Shown piece by piece: positions 48,981 through 62,399 of a DNA stretch of 64,000 nucleotides. The position numbers were made by a program, and so were the translations under genes. Where the stretch lies: NCBI GenBank assembly GCA_973895155.1, contig OZ316891.1:31751112-31815111 (forward strand), in the 5' to 3' direction. This DNA is from Marsupella aquatica. Lineage: Eukaryota > Plantae > Marchantiophyta. Numbering within the stretch: the first letter of the stretch is position 1; the number at the start of each line of letters is the position of its first letter. The notes beneath the pieces were generated by a model, which did not search any database, was not told the origin of the DNA, and saw only the letters and a program-made list of their open reading frames with translations.

Positions 48981-51900
48981 TGTTGTAACCTAAGGTTAAG
49001 TCTACTCCAAATCATGGTGTAACCACTAACCTAAGGTAGTTACTACAACCACCTGAGTAGTGGTATATGTTTCCCTACATGAATGAGAAGACTATTCTAT
49101 GTAGTACTCAACACTTTATCAGCATGAGTAGGCTCGACATTCAAAATTTTCCTTTAGAAGTGAGATTAGATGTGGAGGGGTCTCCTTATGAAATTATACA
49201 CAGATCTCTGTAAATTTCTGTCAAAAATTGGCATGGGATTTGGATTGCAAGTTAGTCCATTTCCCACATAGGCGATTCCATCCCATCAAACATTCACCAC
49301 CTAATGATATTGCCAACCAATTTCACCAATCTCTGTAACTTTATTCAAGGATACAATCGAACATCTTGCCTTACCAATCTCCAACTCGAACCCTAAACCT
49401 TGCACATCCAAGGCAGCCAATCCTCAAATCCGGACAAAGTTGAATGCTACTACAAACAGCTGAGCGAGAAATGTCTACCCAATTAGTTTTGTGGACCCCC
49501 TGGCTACATTTCTTAGGCCTTGTTTGAGTAAAACGAATGTATGTAATATTAGCTTTAACTCAAGTTGTGAGAGGCTATTATGGTCCAAAATGCTATGGTA
49601 TCATAGATTATTTTGATGAGATAGTTTTACAAATTTTAGTGAAAGTATAGGAGAAATTAATTACCTCATCCAAATGTGATTTTGCAATCTTCTTCATAGT
49701 GACCAGGAAAATAAGGGCCTTTAGCTTGCGTTTTGAGAGGCTAATGTGGTCCATAATGCTCTGCTAGCATACATTAAAACACTTAAGATCTATGAGATAT
49801 TTTCACTAGTTTAAAAACATTAATTAATAAACCCAAAGCATAGTTTTATTCGGTTAGTTGATTTAGGCATTAAATGGCACTGTATTTTACCCCATTAAAT
49901 GGCACTATATTTGACCATTGAAGTGCCCTGAGCACTCAATTTGAGTTGAGAATGCTACTTTTTCAAGATCAATTGAGATATCTGCTTTTCTCAACAAGGA
50001 ACCCTAAGCTTTCTAGTAGTTGAGTCCTCTTTAGAATATTTGTCGCCTGATTTGTCAATGTACTTTAAAATAATTGGAAATCTTGGAGATTTCACTGAAG
50101 TCTGAATTTGGCAAGTTTGGAATTAGAGATTAATAGCCTCATGACCTTGACTCAACTATGCACCAAATGGAGAAGGGCTAAGCTTAAGCTTTCAGAAGAT
50201 AGAAGTCTGATTAGGAAGGGAAGCTGGTAGTCATGTTGAATTGGACAAATATGATAGATTTTACAGCTCGCATTGTTTAGATTAGATTTTCTCACAAAAT
50301 CACTGTGGACCCATTCAGCCATGGCCTGAGCAATTTGACATTTTTTCAACTACCACATGAATACTTTGCTTTGTAGCCCAAAATTGACAACATGATAATC
50401 ACAAGCAGTTGTCAAAATCAGGCTTTTTTGTTATATGCAACCAAATTCTCAAGCTAAGAGAGTCAATAGTCAATTTGTGGCAAGTCCATTTGAAACCAGA
50501 TCAATGTCTGATCAATTGAATTGTATCAATTCATTGAATTCAAGTTCCGACCATAGCTGGCAATTTGCCTGAATTGCAAAAGGCTGGAAATCTTACTCCA
50601 TGTGCTAGTTACCCTTTAACAAGGAAGTTATCAAGTTAGTTATTAGTCATTGTTTATTATATGAAAAATACTTTTCAAATCTTTGAATTTAATTTTTAAA
50701 ATTGGATACGTAACTAAAACGGTTACATAGTGACAGTTTTACCCATCTTGCTCTTTGCATTCTAAATTTTTACGTTTCTTTTTATGGCATGGCGTCCCAA
50801 AATTTACTCCCAAATTGATGCAAACACGAATGAAAACTGTAAGTTTGATTCACAAAATTGACGAGTCTTGTTTGTTGCGGTTGTTGTTGACTTGGCACGC
50901 TCTAGTGCCAGGAATTTTGGAGGGGACCTCTCATGGGGTCCGTAATAATAACTCCGGGACAAGGGAACGAGAGAGGTGCAGGCGCAAATCACAAAAGATA
51001 AGTGACTTTCCCATTTTACCGTATCTCATACAGTGATCATTCAATTGAGAATCACAAATTCCCCTCAATCTTTGGACACCCACAATGACCACAAATACTA
51101 TCGAAAAACTCTACTTCCAAGCATTCATTTGAATATAGACTGATCCAACTATCTATCTTGGTCTCTAGATATTTAAGCACACCTTGCCTCTAAAGATCTG
51201 CAAGACACCATTCTAACAGATGTCAGTCTGACTTTGCAACAGAAGGCCTAAAGCCTTCATTCTAATTAGACATCACCTTGTAGACTCCCTAAAACGCCAG
51301 TACATGAATGAATATATTCCCCGCATCCTCTCGGATGACCTACACTCAAGATTTGACCACACGCGCACAATTTTTCTACCTGCAGCAAGGCATGACTGGG
51401 TTAAGACCACAAAACTATTGCCGAGTACAACAACCAACCATTCAGAATTGTTGCACAATTGGCCATCTGCGAACAACCAGTGGGAGATGAAGAGCAGATT
51501 GAGAAAACATTGTCCACATTCCACTCCACCAACCTAGTCCTATCCACACAATACAGGAACATGAACTTCGAGTTGATCGCACATATGTTGTTGGCCAAAA
51601 AAATCAACTATTACTACTACAGAACACAAAAACAAGACCCCCAGGCACACTCCCACCACAACCAAATACAGACACACATTACAATGTACAAGAGAGGGAA
51701 ACGGGACCTCATTTGGTGGGAGAGGGGGCAGTAGAGGGAGAGGGCCCCAAACGGGCCGAGGAAACAACTTCAGACGCGGTGGCAGAAGCAATATATATAC
51801 CAAGGGAGGGGTTGCAAAAGACCCAAGTTCAGCGGCAACACTTATCGGAATACCTCCAAGGAGAAGAGATAATAGCAACCCACAACGAACAAGAACTCAG

Positions 51901-52480
51901 GACAGACACAACCCCACAACAACAAGAGATAAATTCAAAAACCCTCCAATTTGTTTTCAATGTGGAACGAAAGGGCACTTACAGAAAAACTGTAGAGCCC
52001 TAGCACACCTGGCAGCATTATAAACAAAGTTTAAACACAACACAATTTGAAACCCACGGTGTCTTCCTCAAATCCACATAAACATTACCAGAAATGCACC
52101 TCATAGCACACCATCCCACACTACCAGAGTTGGATGACCCACTGGTCACCTTCACAACGTTGGACACCTTCACAATGGAGGGTCACCACCATAATGGGCC
52201 AACACCAAATCGAAGAAGGATATGGCCCAGCCACGATCATCTTACCTTGAGGCACAATTATCCAAATAAAATCAGCAATCTACGCACCAAGATCAACAAG
52301 GAACCTCCTCAGTTTCAGAGACGTCCGAGCCAAAGGGCTACATATTTATACGAATATGATAAACACACAAGAAGTATTACATGTTATTGCACTGGCACCT
52401 AATGGGACAAAAACAAAAGAGACCCTCATGGCCTACCCCCTTGGTTTTTATATAACCAAAATAAACACTCCTAGAGGCCA
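48981..52480 (+). mobile_element. Old truncated Bianca-type copia remnant
   Basis: Candidate LTR 48981-49113 (TG..CA) followed by PBS-like CTTTATCAGCATG. Decayed gag at about 51085-52480 (PAARHDW, EQIEKTLSTFHSTNLVLSTQYRNM) is homologous to the two intact copies. Unrelated AT-rich DNA lies at about 49490-50940. Confidence 0.8.
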
Positions 52481-53778
52481 CCGGTGACATGCGCACCTTG
52501 GTTCATGGTCCATTACTTACAGTCACAACTCGAACAGCCATGTGATCAAAGGGGAGGCATTTTCAAGTTGAACATCTTGATATGAAGAGGGTAGCAACAC
52601 AAGATTATGGGGTGATGGGGTGGTTCATCCAAGATTCACAGAGTAGCACATTTGATAGAAATCCCATACGTAGTACTATGGCACACTATGGGAAAATTGA
52701 GAAGATTCTTACCATCAAGTATCAACAACATACAACCTTGGAGGAGGTGGTGTTGAAGTGCAAGTGGTTTTGGATGAATCTAGTCGGCCACAACCGGACT
52801 TGTGAAGAGGATGCTTGCGGTTTCACACGGTTGAAGACAAGTGCACGTAGTGTCGTTAGTTCCAGTTGGAGAACGTCAAATCCATTTGCATTTCCCCATC
52901 ATTTGGAGCAGGCATTTTATCTCCCTATCCGGATGACCCAGAGTGGTCCATTGTCATGCCTTACATCCCTCACTCACGATCCACCATTCAGGATCAACCA
53001 AATGTAGTCATAGTAGAGGATTTGTACCCCTCTAGAGCTATAGTACATGCAACCCTAGGTAGGTAAAACCCCTCTATGTTTTCCTTCTATCGGCATTAAT
53101 GAATCATATATATCTGGTTCTACCTATTATAATAATTACTCCACACATATATGTACCTCAAAAGATTGACATGCAAGCTTCAAATATGAGTTTCTTGAAT
53201 AAATGATTGTTCACTGAAGTCCTTTGATCAAATGGAAATCCTCCATGCATGCATACTTTCCCATTCCCATGTTTCAAATCATTCACCAAAACCCATCAAA
53301 ACTTCACCTGAAACATTAAAAAAACCAAAAACCCAGCCTACCCAATATTACAACCATCGGACAAAATTTGCCATTCTAACCACATCGGACCTAATTCCCA
53401 TCTTTCTCACGTCGGACACATATTGCCATACCTCAGCCATCGGTCCACCTTCGGAAGGGTGATGCCATTTTATTACCATCGGACCATTTCTGATATTGTG
53501 TATACCGGATCTATGATGCCATTGAATGGGTATCGGACGCCTCAATAGAACATTTAGAATCTAAGTCCGACTTGGTCGTCATGGGTAATGGTCCGATGTA
53601 GATTGTATGGGTAACGTGGTCCGATTGTATTAAAATCAGAAAGGTAGTTTCCGAAGCCTAATGTATCAGACAAACCGTTGTTTAAAATATTGGACATGTC
53701 CGATAGATAGGGCATGGGACGCCGCTAGCTTTTAGGCCGCGATCGGAGCATCGGAAAAACTGCAAAATTGTACTAGTG
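52480..53778 (+). mobile_element. CACTA (En/Spm) 3' remnant
   Basis: DUF4216-like peptide (YGKIEKIL...VLKCKWF...PFAFP...QAFY...PDDPEWSIV), CATCGGAC/GTCCGAT subterminal repeats, terminal TAGTG at 53774-53778. Confidence 0.8.
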
Positions 53779-53998
53779 TTTCTTGAGGAGTTTTGTGAGA
53801 GGCAAGGCTATCTTTGCATATCCTTCCACAAATCTGTCGTAGTATCCAACCAATCCCAAGAAGGTTCATACCTCCGTCATTGTTGTGGGTTCTTTGATTG
53901 AGAGCACTACTGCGATTTTCTCCAAATCCACGACTATCCCTTCCTTAGAAACTCAGTGGCCAAGAAGTATCCCACTAGCAACTCCAAAGTAGCACTTG
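53779..53998 (-). pseudogene. Ty3/gypsy RT fragment (target of the next element)
   Basis: Translates KCYFG...LLGH*VSKEGIVVD...[27 protein letters not shown]. Confidence 0.8.
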
Positions 53999-55834
53999 TG
54001 TGGGTTCATGTGGTATAGACAGAAGAACCAAAAGTGTCTCTTTTCACTTAAAGACCAAGGTATCGATCCCTTTAAGAACAGAATTGGATTGGATTGAATA
54101 TTTTTATCTTTTTGAGAAGTTTCGAGCCTCTTGCTCTCTATTTCTCTTACTTACTTCTAACAGAAGTAAACAAACCCATCAAAACACCAGTACAAAAAAC
54201 ATTTGAGTTATAGATGAAAGTAAACTTAGATTGAGATGATTTAATTATCATTCTAACATTGCCACTCCTTCAGAAAGGACTCTGGTCTTATTATATATAA
54301 AATGGTAACTTTCAACCACTCTCCAATCATCCTTTCTCCAACCTATAATAATGTCGGATGTAAGACTTTTGCTCACCAAACCCAAAGTAACTTTCTGGTT
54401 ACAAATGCAAAGATAAGCCTTAAGATGCCGTCAACATGATTCGATAAGTGTGATACACAACTTAAGTCAAATTCTAAGGTTTATTGTAGTGCATGGTAAT
54501 GGTACTAATTTCCTTGAAAATGGAATTTTGCTTCTCACAATTACAACATTCATCCTCGAATTGGCTAGCAAATCTCGTCACAACGAGCAAGCCTAGCAGT
54601 GAACTCGATGTGAATCTCATAAGTTAATCATTAAACTCAATCACCACAAACGAGTCATGAATTTAATCATACTTTAAAATCAAAATTTTATTTCCATACA
54701 AGACCTTGATTCTCAGTGACTTGTTACAATGGAAGGAGGAACAATTAATCAACAACCTCTATTACTGAATAATGGTTTTGCCCCTAGACAAGAAGTGACA
54801 CTAAAAGACTTTATAGGTTTAGGGTCCTAATATAATGGTGATAGGGAAGGTTATACCCTTTCGAGTCTAACTAAGATGAATGTAATATTACTCTAACAGT
54901 AGATTCCTACAAAAACTAAGTTTGGGGGCGGAAATGACTAAGTGTCATTAGGCTTTTTTGACAGAAAACAATATTTGACTATCTTTGCCTATTTTTAATT
55001 CCTAATCCGTAACACCCAAAATGTTGATTTTAACACAGTGGTAGGTGCTACCTTCAGTCTACAAGCAAGCAAAATCTCAAACTTTTCTGAGTGGTCTAAG
55101 TATTTCAAAGAAATCGGAAAAAAGTGCTGTTGGATGAAAATAGAGTATAATCCTAAAATTTTCTAAGTGGGGGAAGAAAAAGGTGGACGCTTTGAAAAGC
55201 GTCGGGATTTGGATGGACGATTCATGAAGCGTCAGTGTCTTCTCTTTGTTGGGGCTACGGACACTTTCAAAAGCGTCAAGGGCTTCGTCATCGTCAGGGG
55301 TGGACGCTTCATGAGGTGTCCTGAAACTGTTGGACGCTTTCAAAAGCGTCGGCAGAAAGTAACAAATTAAATTTTGGTACCTTAGAAACTTCATAACTCC
55401 TTAACGGCTGGTCCGATGAAGCTCAAACTTTGCCAAGGTGATTTCCTATATCTAGTCCATCAGCTACCAAGATTTCAGACATTTCTGAGATCCTTATCAA
55501 TTAAAATAAAATAGAAGAAGATGCAACCTCTTAATCTGCATTCAACACTTAGAATCAGTGCAGAAACTAGTTTCCTTCACAATGAGGCTGCAAAAATCCA
55601 AGAATAAGCTCGAGTTGAGGGAATCAAAAAAAGTAAGCATCCACATAGCCCTCCACTCAAATTTTGCTGTGTCCCCACAAGAACTTGAAATTCGTGAAGT
55701 CTTCTGAGCTTTTCTGATTCATGCTTAATTTCTTCAGTCATTCAAAATAATCCAGAACAATGCCAACTCAATTGATATCCTTCTCCAAAAATACAATCAT
55801 GTCGGTTGAAGATCAGAAAGTTCCTCTGATAGAA

Positions 55835-57854
55835 TCAAATAGTAGTACATGGAGGCCAAGCTTCAACTAAAGGTCGCCTTACTAATCCTTTGATCTCTTG
55901 TCTTCCTTTTGCATGATCGGAGACCATAAGCTGATTTCTCTGAAGCTGTGCTCGCAATCTGACAAGCTCATTTTCATACTTAAAAGGAATTGCATAGCCA
56001 TCATGGGCTACCCATACATACTGACGAGTTGGCCATGGTCTGTCTGGAAATAGAGGTGGGAAAGGACAGGAAGCTCTGCAAACTGTATAAACCCAACACC
56101 ATATCTCATATTCTGAGAATTTGTGTCTTCTGTCCTTATCTATTGGAGGTACTGGCTCAGGAAATTTATATGTAGGAATTAAAGTACGAATACACTCAAT
56201 GAATGTGCCTGGTAAAATCTGTTTTTGTTGCCTAATACTCTCAATCTCCAAATGGCAAAAAGCTATAAAATATTCCTTCCTGGTCCACCTAGCAATGGAA
56301 GCAAGGTTAGGAACAGGAACTGTCGGTGGTAGGTTGATTGGATGTCTCAGCCGTGGAGGTACCCTAATAATCCTGGAATCATCCTCATCTTCATTGGGGG
56401 CGCCTTTCCATCGATAAATAACTCCTGGTGTCGAGCAAGGAATTACAGATTCCTTGGTGGGCAGCTCTGATGTATGGTCGGATGAAGAAGAAGAAGAAGG
56501 TGTTGGTACCTTCTCGATATCTCTGGGGCAACAGGTTCGCTTATAGATTCCACCTCTGGTTGAGAGTGCTCTGATGGAGTTTCGAATTGCTGTCCAGCCA
56601 GGTCAGCTACAAACAAATCCGCAGATTTACATGCTTTCTTCAGTGGTCTTCTCTCATAAGTTAATTGACAACTAATCTTCTCAATGGATGTTGGAACAAC
56701 CGGAGATGAAGCTCTTTCCAGAGAGGGTGGTACCAAGTCAGCTTTCTCTAGTTCAGGCAGCAATTGAGTCTCAGAAACAGGAGGTGACACATCTGATTCA
56801 TAGCCATGTAGAAAACCTAGAGCATCCTGCTCTGGTATAACCAATAACGATACCGTTACCTCCACAAGGTGAGCAACTGCTTCTGGATTTTCAGATGGAC
56901 AGCTCTGTGAAACCGAGAAGGGACCAGGTTCCTTTGTCTTCTCTTCCACAGCTTCATGCATCTGTTCTGCTTCTCTGTCCACGGTGGATTCTTCAGCAGC
57001 AAGATTAGACACTTCTGCTCTTCCAACATTCTCTCCCGGTACTCCAAGTAATGTACGAACATTGGGCAGCACTTCATCCTCTTCACAAGTCAGTAACTCG
57101 CATAAAGCTTCCACAGTGTGTTGCAAACTACTAAATTGCCCTACTGGAGCACAAGCTACTGTTGTTTTAGCTTTAAGCTTCAACTTGTTGTAGCAACGTA
57201 ATTCAGACGGTAGTAAACAATTCCGTTTGGAGTAAATGTGGGCCAAATAAGGAGTCAAATGCACTATTTACAGTTTCCCAATTCTAACTCGATTTTGAAA
57301 ATTCTTCACCTGAGTATGTATCACTCTATGGAGAATTTGCGTCCAATTGATAAGCTTCCTCTGCTCCAAAGAAAATATTATTGTAGCAGCAAATGACAAT
57401 GTGATTCGCGACTGACTCTCAGGTTGAAAATAGGCGAAAGAAAATGAAATAAATGTTCCAGTGGCAACTCTAAGCAATCTCCCGCCACCATGGATCCATT
57501 TTGTCTCTTGAATGATTCAGGGCAAAATTGCGCTTCAATGTAAGCCCTCGATTTGCCTTCAACTTTCTGCATTCCCTCTCCTACAATTGGAGTCGCATAC
57601 ACTGTCGAAATGAGTTCCTCATTCCAGTTGCTTGGTCTGGCACGAATCATAGGACCATCCTCTGCATCCCATACACCATTATCTAACAGACTGAGCTCGC
57701 AACTACTCCAAGGAAGCTTCAAGAGCTTTGCCAATCCCATGGTTGACAAATCATTCTGTAAACGTCTTTGATCCTCCACCTTCGAAGGTAGCACTGCAGA
57801 AATCGGTCGCGCGGACACATTCAATTCAGTCTCCACCATTTTTTTCAATTCCAA
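55835..57854 (-). pseudogene. Gypsy extra ORF (3' of pol, sense orientation), unknown function
   Basis: Collinear ORFs 57378-57854, 56443-57264 and 55835-56251, with frameshifts. Confidence 0.6.
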
Positions 57855-58246
57855 CTTCTCCCGTCCTTAACTCCAGCCGCTTGTCGTGCTTGAGGCGGCA
57901 ATCACCCAATGTAGAAACCAGTAATGAAGATTACTGATTTAGCCAGGCAAGATTTCGCTTCACCTTGGAGGTCCGTTGCACATCGCAATCCACCATGAGT
58001 CGTACTTGGAGTCGTTTGAGAAGCAAACTTCTCCCGAACGCTTTGTAAAGCGTGCTATGTCCAGTGACTTTAGTGGACGCGTTGTGAAGCATCCAGGTTT
58101 TACATTGTGATGGACGCTTTGTAAAGCGTCCAAGTAAAAATGAAAACAAACAAAAATTTCAAAACTAAACAAAAAAATAAATAATCCTAACAGATTCAAT
58201 AATCTACTGTCTAATAGGTATAAGTATACCTAGCCCTCCACTCAAA

Positions 58247-61200
58247 CTACGACATGTCCGCATGAGTGGAAGATAAATAATAGGGCTTTAATCTAAAGCC
58301 ATTAATTCGAGTATCTAAAGGGTATCCATCTAAAGTGGTTAAGGATACGGAACCATTAGGCCAGATTTTCTCAATTCTATAAGGGCCTATCCAATGGGTA
58401 TGTAATTTACCCGGAAAAAGCATGTAACATGAATCAAAAACTAACACTAAATCATCATCAGCTAACTTAACCTGTTTAAGCTTTTTATCATAAGAATGTT
58501 TACTTTTTGCTTGTACTACAACAGTTTGATCTAAAGCTAAAAGTTTATTTTCTTCTAATTTAGTAATATCAACAAACCGACTCTCTAGACTTGCTTCAGG
58601 AGTGAATCTCTCAGGAATAAGTAATCGCGCTCAGTAGGGATGGAAAACTCAATAGGGATAATACTATCAACCCCATAAGTTAAATAAAATGGGGTTCTAA
58701 GGGTTGTAACCTTTTCAGCATTACGATAAGCCCAAAGCGCAGAATGCAGTTTTAAATCCCAGTCAGTCTTGTGAGATGCCACCATTTTATTTAAGATCTT
58801 TCCCATAATCCCATTAGCTCATTCAGTCAAGCCATTTTCTCGTGGGTTATAAGGGGTAGTCTTTCGGTGTTTAATAAGGTATAAATCTGTGATCAACTCA
58901 ATGGTGGAATTTAGAAAGTGCAGGCCCCTATCACTCACCAGTTCTAGAGGACAGCCAAAGCGGGTGATAATATGCTCGAATAAAAATGCCGCAGCAGTGT
59001 TCGCATCATTCTTCCTGGTCGCTTTAGCCTCCACCCACTTGGTGGCATAATCAGTTGCAAGAATGATATACCTACTACGACTCCAACGAGCAGCTGGGGA
59101 AATGGGGCCAATGAAGTCTATACCCCACTTTTCAAAAGGTGCTAAGGGAAGAATGGGGGGTAGTGGCCACTTAGAAGATGCAGTGGGTTTCCCTACTCTC
59201 TGGCACGGATCACATGACTTAATAAAATTATAGGTGTTCTTGTGCATTGTGGGCCACCAATACCCTGCATCTTGGATTTTCTTAACAGTAGTGTTAATAG
59301 CATAGTGGTCGCTGTCCTGGGAATAGTGAGCTCTCAAGAATACATCGGGTGTCTGGCTGCATGTACTAATTATGCTACTTATCACTTGTAAGAGACCTCA
59401 TGCTTAGAACCAATTCCCTTGAGAGCCTTGTCCCCTCCCGGCCATTTCTCAAGTTCCTTGGGTTCCCCTGTGCCTCTTGCGGTTTTCTCTAGATAAGCTG
59501 GGTGGGAAGGGCGTACCCTTTTCTGCAAGGACTCCTAAGCACTTTTGGTACCAAGAGATATGTGTGATCTACTCCAGATAATGGTAATAACACCAGAGTA
59601 GTCGGGGCCAGGCCCACACTCCACAAATCTCTCCTCCAAGTGATAATCTTCTCTACTTGCTTCTATCAACTTTCGGTTATGATCTCTCTTCTATTACACT
59701 ATTATGAACACACTCACATCCCCATTTGTGCATCTATATAGTATTAATGGATCCGACGATGCAATAATCGCAGTGTATCCTTCTTCCCCAAACTTCTGTG
59801 TAAGAACCTGCCTAATATCTACCTTCCTCTTTACTATCAACTTAATGCTCACTGTAGAACGCAAATTCAGAATCTATGGACTCTCATTCAAATCAATATT
59901 GACATTCATACTTCCTATTATGCTTACTAACTAAGAGAGGTTCAGCGGCAGAGCCGTCCCTACTTGATCACAGGTTTGCGGACATTATATCTATGGTATT
60001 GGCGGCATAGCCGACCTTGCCAGATTCAAAGCTCCGTCTTCAAGGTACTCGAGTGGTGGCAATGCCTTCCATGACCAAGAATCAAGAAACTTAGAACCCT
60101 TTCACAATAGAAACCGACGGCATAGCCATTCTGTTAGTCCTAGAACCAATGTTCAAGCATTCCTCCGATGCAAATGCACACAATATGCGCTCTATGTACT
60201 CTCTATCCTCACACTCATACACTTGAAATACTGGAAAATGGACTCTCCTGGGAGGGCGATCCTCCCTCTTATTTATAGTTGGAGCCAGGCCACGCTGGTC
60301 CCTTTACAAGAGTATCCTAGAAGATACAAGAATTTACTAGAATTTACTAGAACCTACTAGAATTTACTAGAAATTACTAGAAGTTACTAGATTTTACTTT
60401 TTACCCACGGTAAATTCTAGAAGTTACTGAAATTTACCTTTTTACTATGGTAAATACTAGAAATTACTATTTACTATGGTAGATTCTAGAAGTAACTGGA
60501 ATGTACCTTTTTACTATTGTATATTCTAGAAGTTACTATTTATTATGGTAGATCTTTGAAAATTACCAAGACTTATAATTTTACTTGGTAAAACCCAAAA
60601 TCTCTTTTTTACCACAAAAACCTCTATTTTAATATTTTCACACAAAACCAAACTATTCACCACATAATCTAATTTCCTTACGACACCGCCTGTCTCACCA
60701 GAGTGTAAGGCTTCAATTACCTATGGAATCTCTCTCATCTCAAGGCAACGCCTTAACTTCTGATCAGGTCCTTGCTTAAATAAGGTGCCTTTTATAATAG
60801 TGTAAGGGCCCACCTTGTGTGCAAAAACAGCCCTCTCCTCATCATTAAGTCCTTGTGGGAATACCCCATGCATACAACAACATCTGCACAATATCAAAGT
60901 ATTTCGAGGACTCTCCTTCAATGTGCCAAAGGTGCTCATCCGGAAATTCGTCAGAAAGGTTGTTGTCATTCTCTTCACCTGGGAGTCTCGACAAGAAGTC
61001 AGCATTCTCATGGTGTTTCCCCGGATGGACTTGCACCTCGTAATCAAATTCCTGAAGCAGGAGTACCCATCTAGCTACCCTTCCTGAAAGGGCAACTTGA
61101 TTAACCAAGTACTTAAGGGAATTATGATCAGTGTGGAAGATAATTTGATAGCCTAAAAGGTAATGTCGGAATTTCTTACAGGCAAACACAATTGCCAGGG

Positions 61201-61910
61201 CTTCTCTCTCGGTGACAATATAATTTTTCTCTGCATCACTCATTTGGCGACTGGCATAATAAATGGGGTGATCTCTATTATTACTGTCCTTTTGGCTTAA
61301 ATTAGCTCCTATGCAAAAGGCAGATGAGTCAATAAAAATGTGGAACTTCTTACTCCAATCAGGTGGTGAAAGGATAGGTGAACTAATTTATCCTTAAGTG
61401 TTTGAAAGGCATGTTGTGCGTCGGCACTCCAAGCATAGGGTTCATCCTGCTTCAGCAATTTGGTCAAAGGCAAGGCAATGTCAGCATGTTTGTGGATAAA
61501 GCGGCGGTAATACCCGACATGCCCTAGGAAGGCACGGAGTTGCTTCAGGTCAGCAGGGGGTTGAAGCTCCACAATCACGCGGACCTTCTCCTTGTCCACC
61601 TCAATGCCTCGTTGAGAAATGACATGACCAAGCAAGATGCCCTCCTTCATGCCAATGAAACACTTTTCTAGATGCAAGCACAGTTGGGCCTCCCGACACT
61701 TCTGGAAAGTCTTTTCCAAGTGCATTAAGTGATCCGCAGCCGACCCATAAACACAAAAATCATCAATGAAGATCTCCATGAAGTGCCAAAGGTACTCCTG
61801 GAAAATGATCATCATGATACGCTGGAAGGTACCTGGGGCATTACACAACCCAAATGGCATCATCGCATACGCATACGTACCCCAATCCGTAGTGAATGTT
61901 GTCTTGCCAT
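58247..61910 (-). pseudogene. Gypsy pol (RT, RNase H, integrase), interrupted by a solo LTR
   Basis: MPFGLCNAPGTFQR, FIDD, TEREALA, TDHNSL, GYWWP, WGIDFIGP, SDRG, WIGPY. Confidence 0.93.
59313..60685 (-). mobile_element. Solo LTR (1373 bp) inserted in the integrase zinc finger
   Basis: TGTC...GACA ends; flanks TCGC/CCGC; removal restores LHSGETGGHYAINTT. TATA box on the minus strand at about 60270; AGAATTTACT tandem repeats at 60330-60560. Confidence 0.85.
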
Positions 61911-62399
61911 CTGCACTTTTACGTCCTCCAATCCAGCGATCAAAGCTCTCAGTTGCTTCCTAGTATTCTTGAATTTGACCTTCTCCTTTTTGACATACTT
62001 CAAGCAAGTTGTCACCCAGGGCTCCCCATCACTAGATGATTTTGCTGAGGAGTCTTCCTCCAAATTTGACGGTTCAGACGATGGACGACGATGTGTTGTC
62101 CCTCCACTGTCTTCTTCTTTTTCTTTTTGCTCCCACACAATCTGGCGGTTGTTTGATAGTGTTTCGCTTGGGTGATTGCTGCCTGCAACATGTTGGGGGC
62201 CATCTTTCTAACTTCAAACTGTACACGTCAGGGTAGCCCCGAGATAAACCACTCCATTTGGAGGTTCTTGGGTGGTGGCACTGTCAGTTTCCTTATCTGT
62301 TGTTGGATGCGTTGAATATAATATTTGCAGAGTGACTCACAAGCACTCATCCGACTTTTGTTGAGCCAACGCACGATTCTTGCATCTGCTCCTGGTTCT

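Larger units (their letters stand above)
53999..61910 (-). mobile_element. Ty3/gypsy element with an extra ORF downstream of pol; 5' part missing or displaced
   Basis: RT/RH at 60686-61910, INT at 58247-59312, extra ORF 55835-57854, PPT at 55646-55660, and a candidate 3' LTR 53999-55645 bounded by TGTGG..CCACA. Confidence 0.8.

Noticed and set aside
49493-50940. Possible non-autonomous DNA transposon (GGACCCC...GGGGTCC) inside the copia remnant
   Set aside because: Only a 7-bp inverted match and no convincing TSD.
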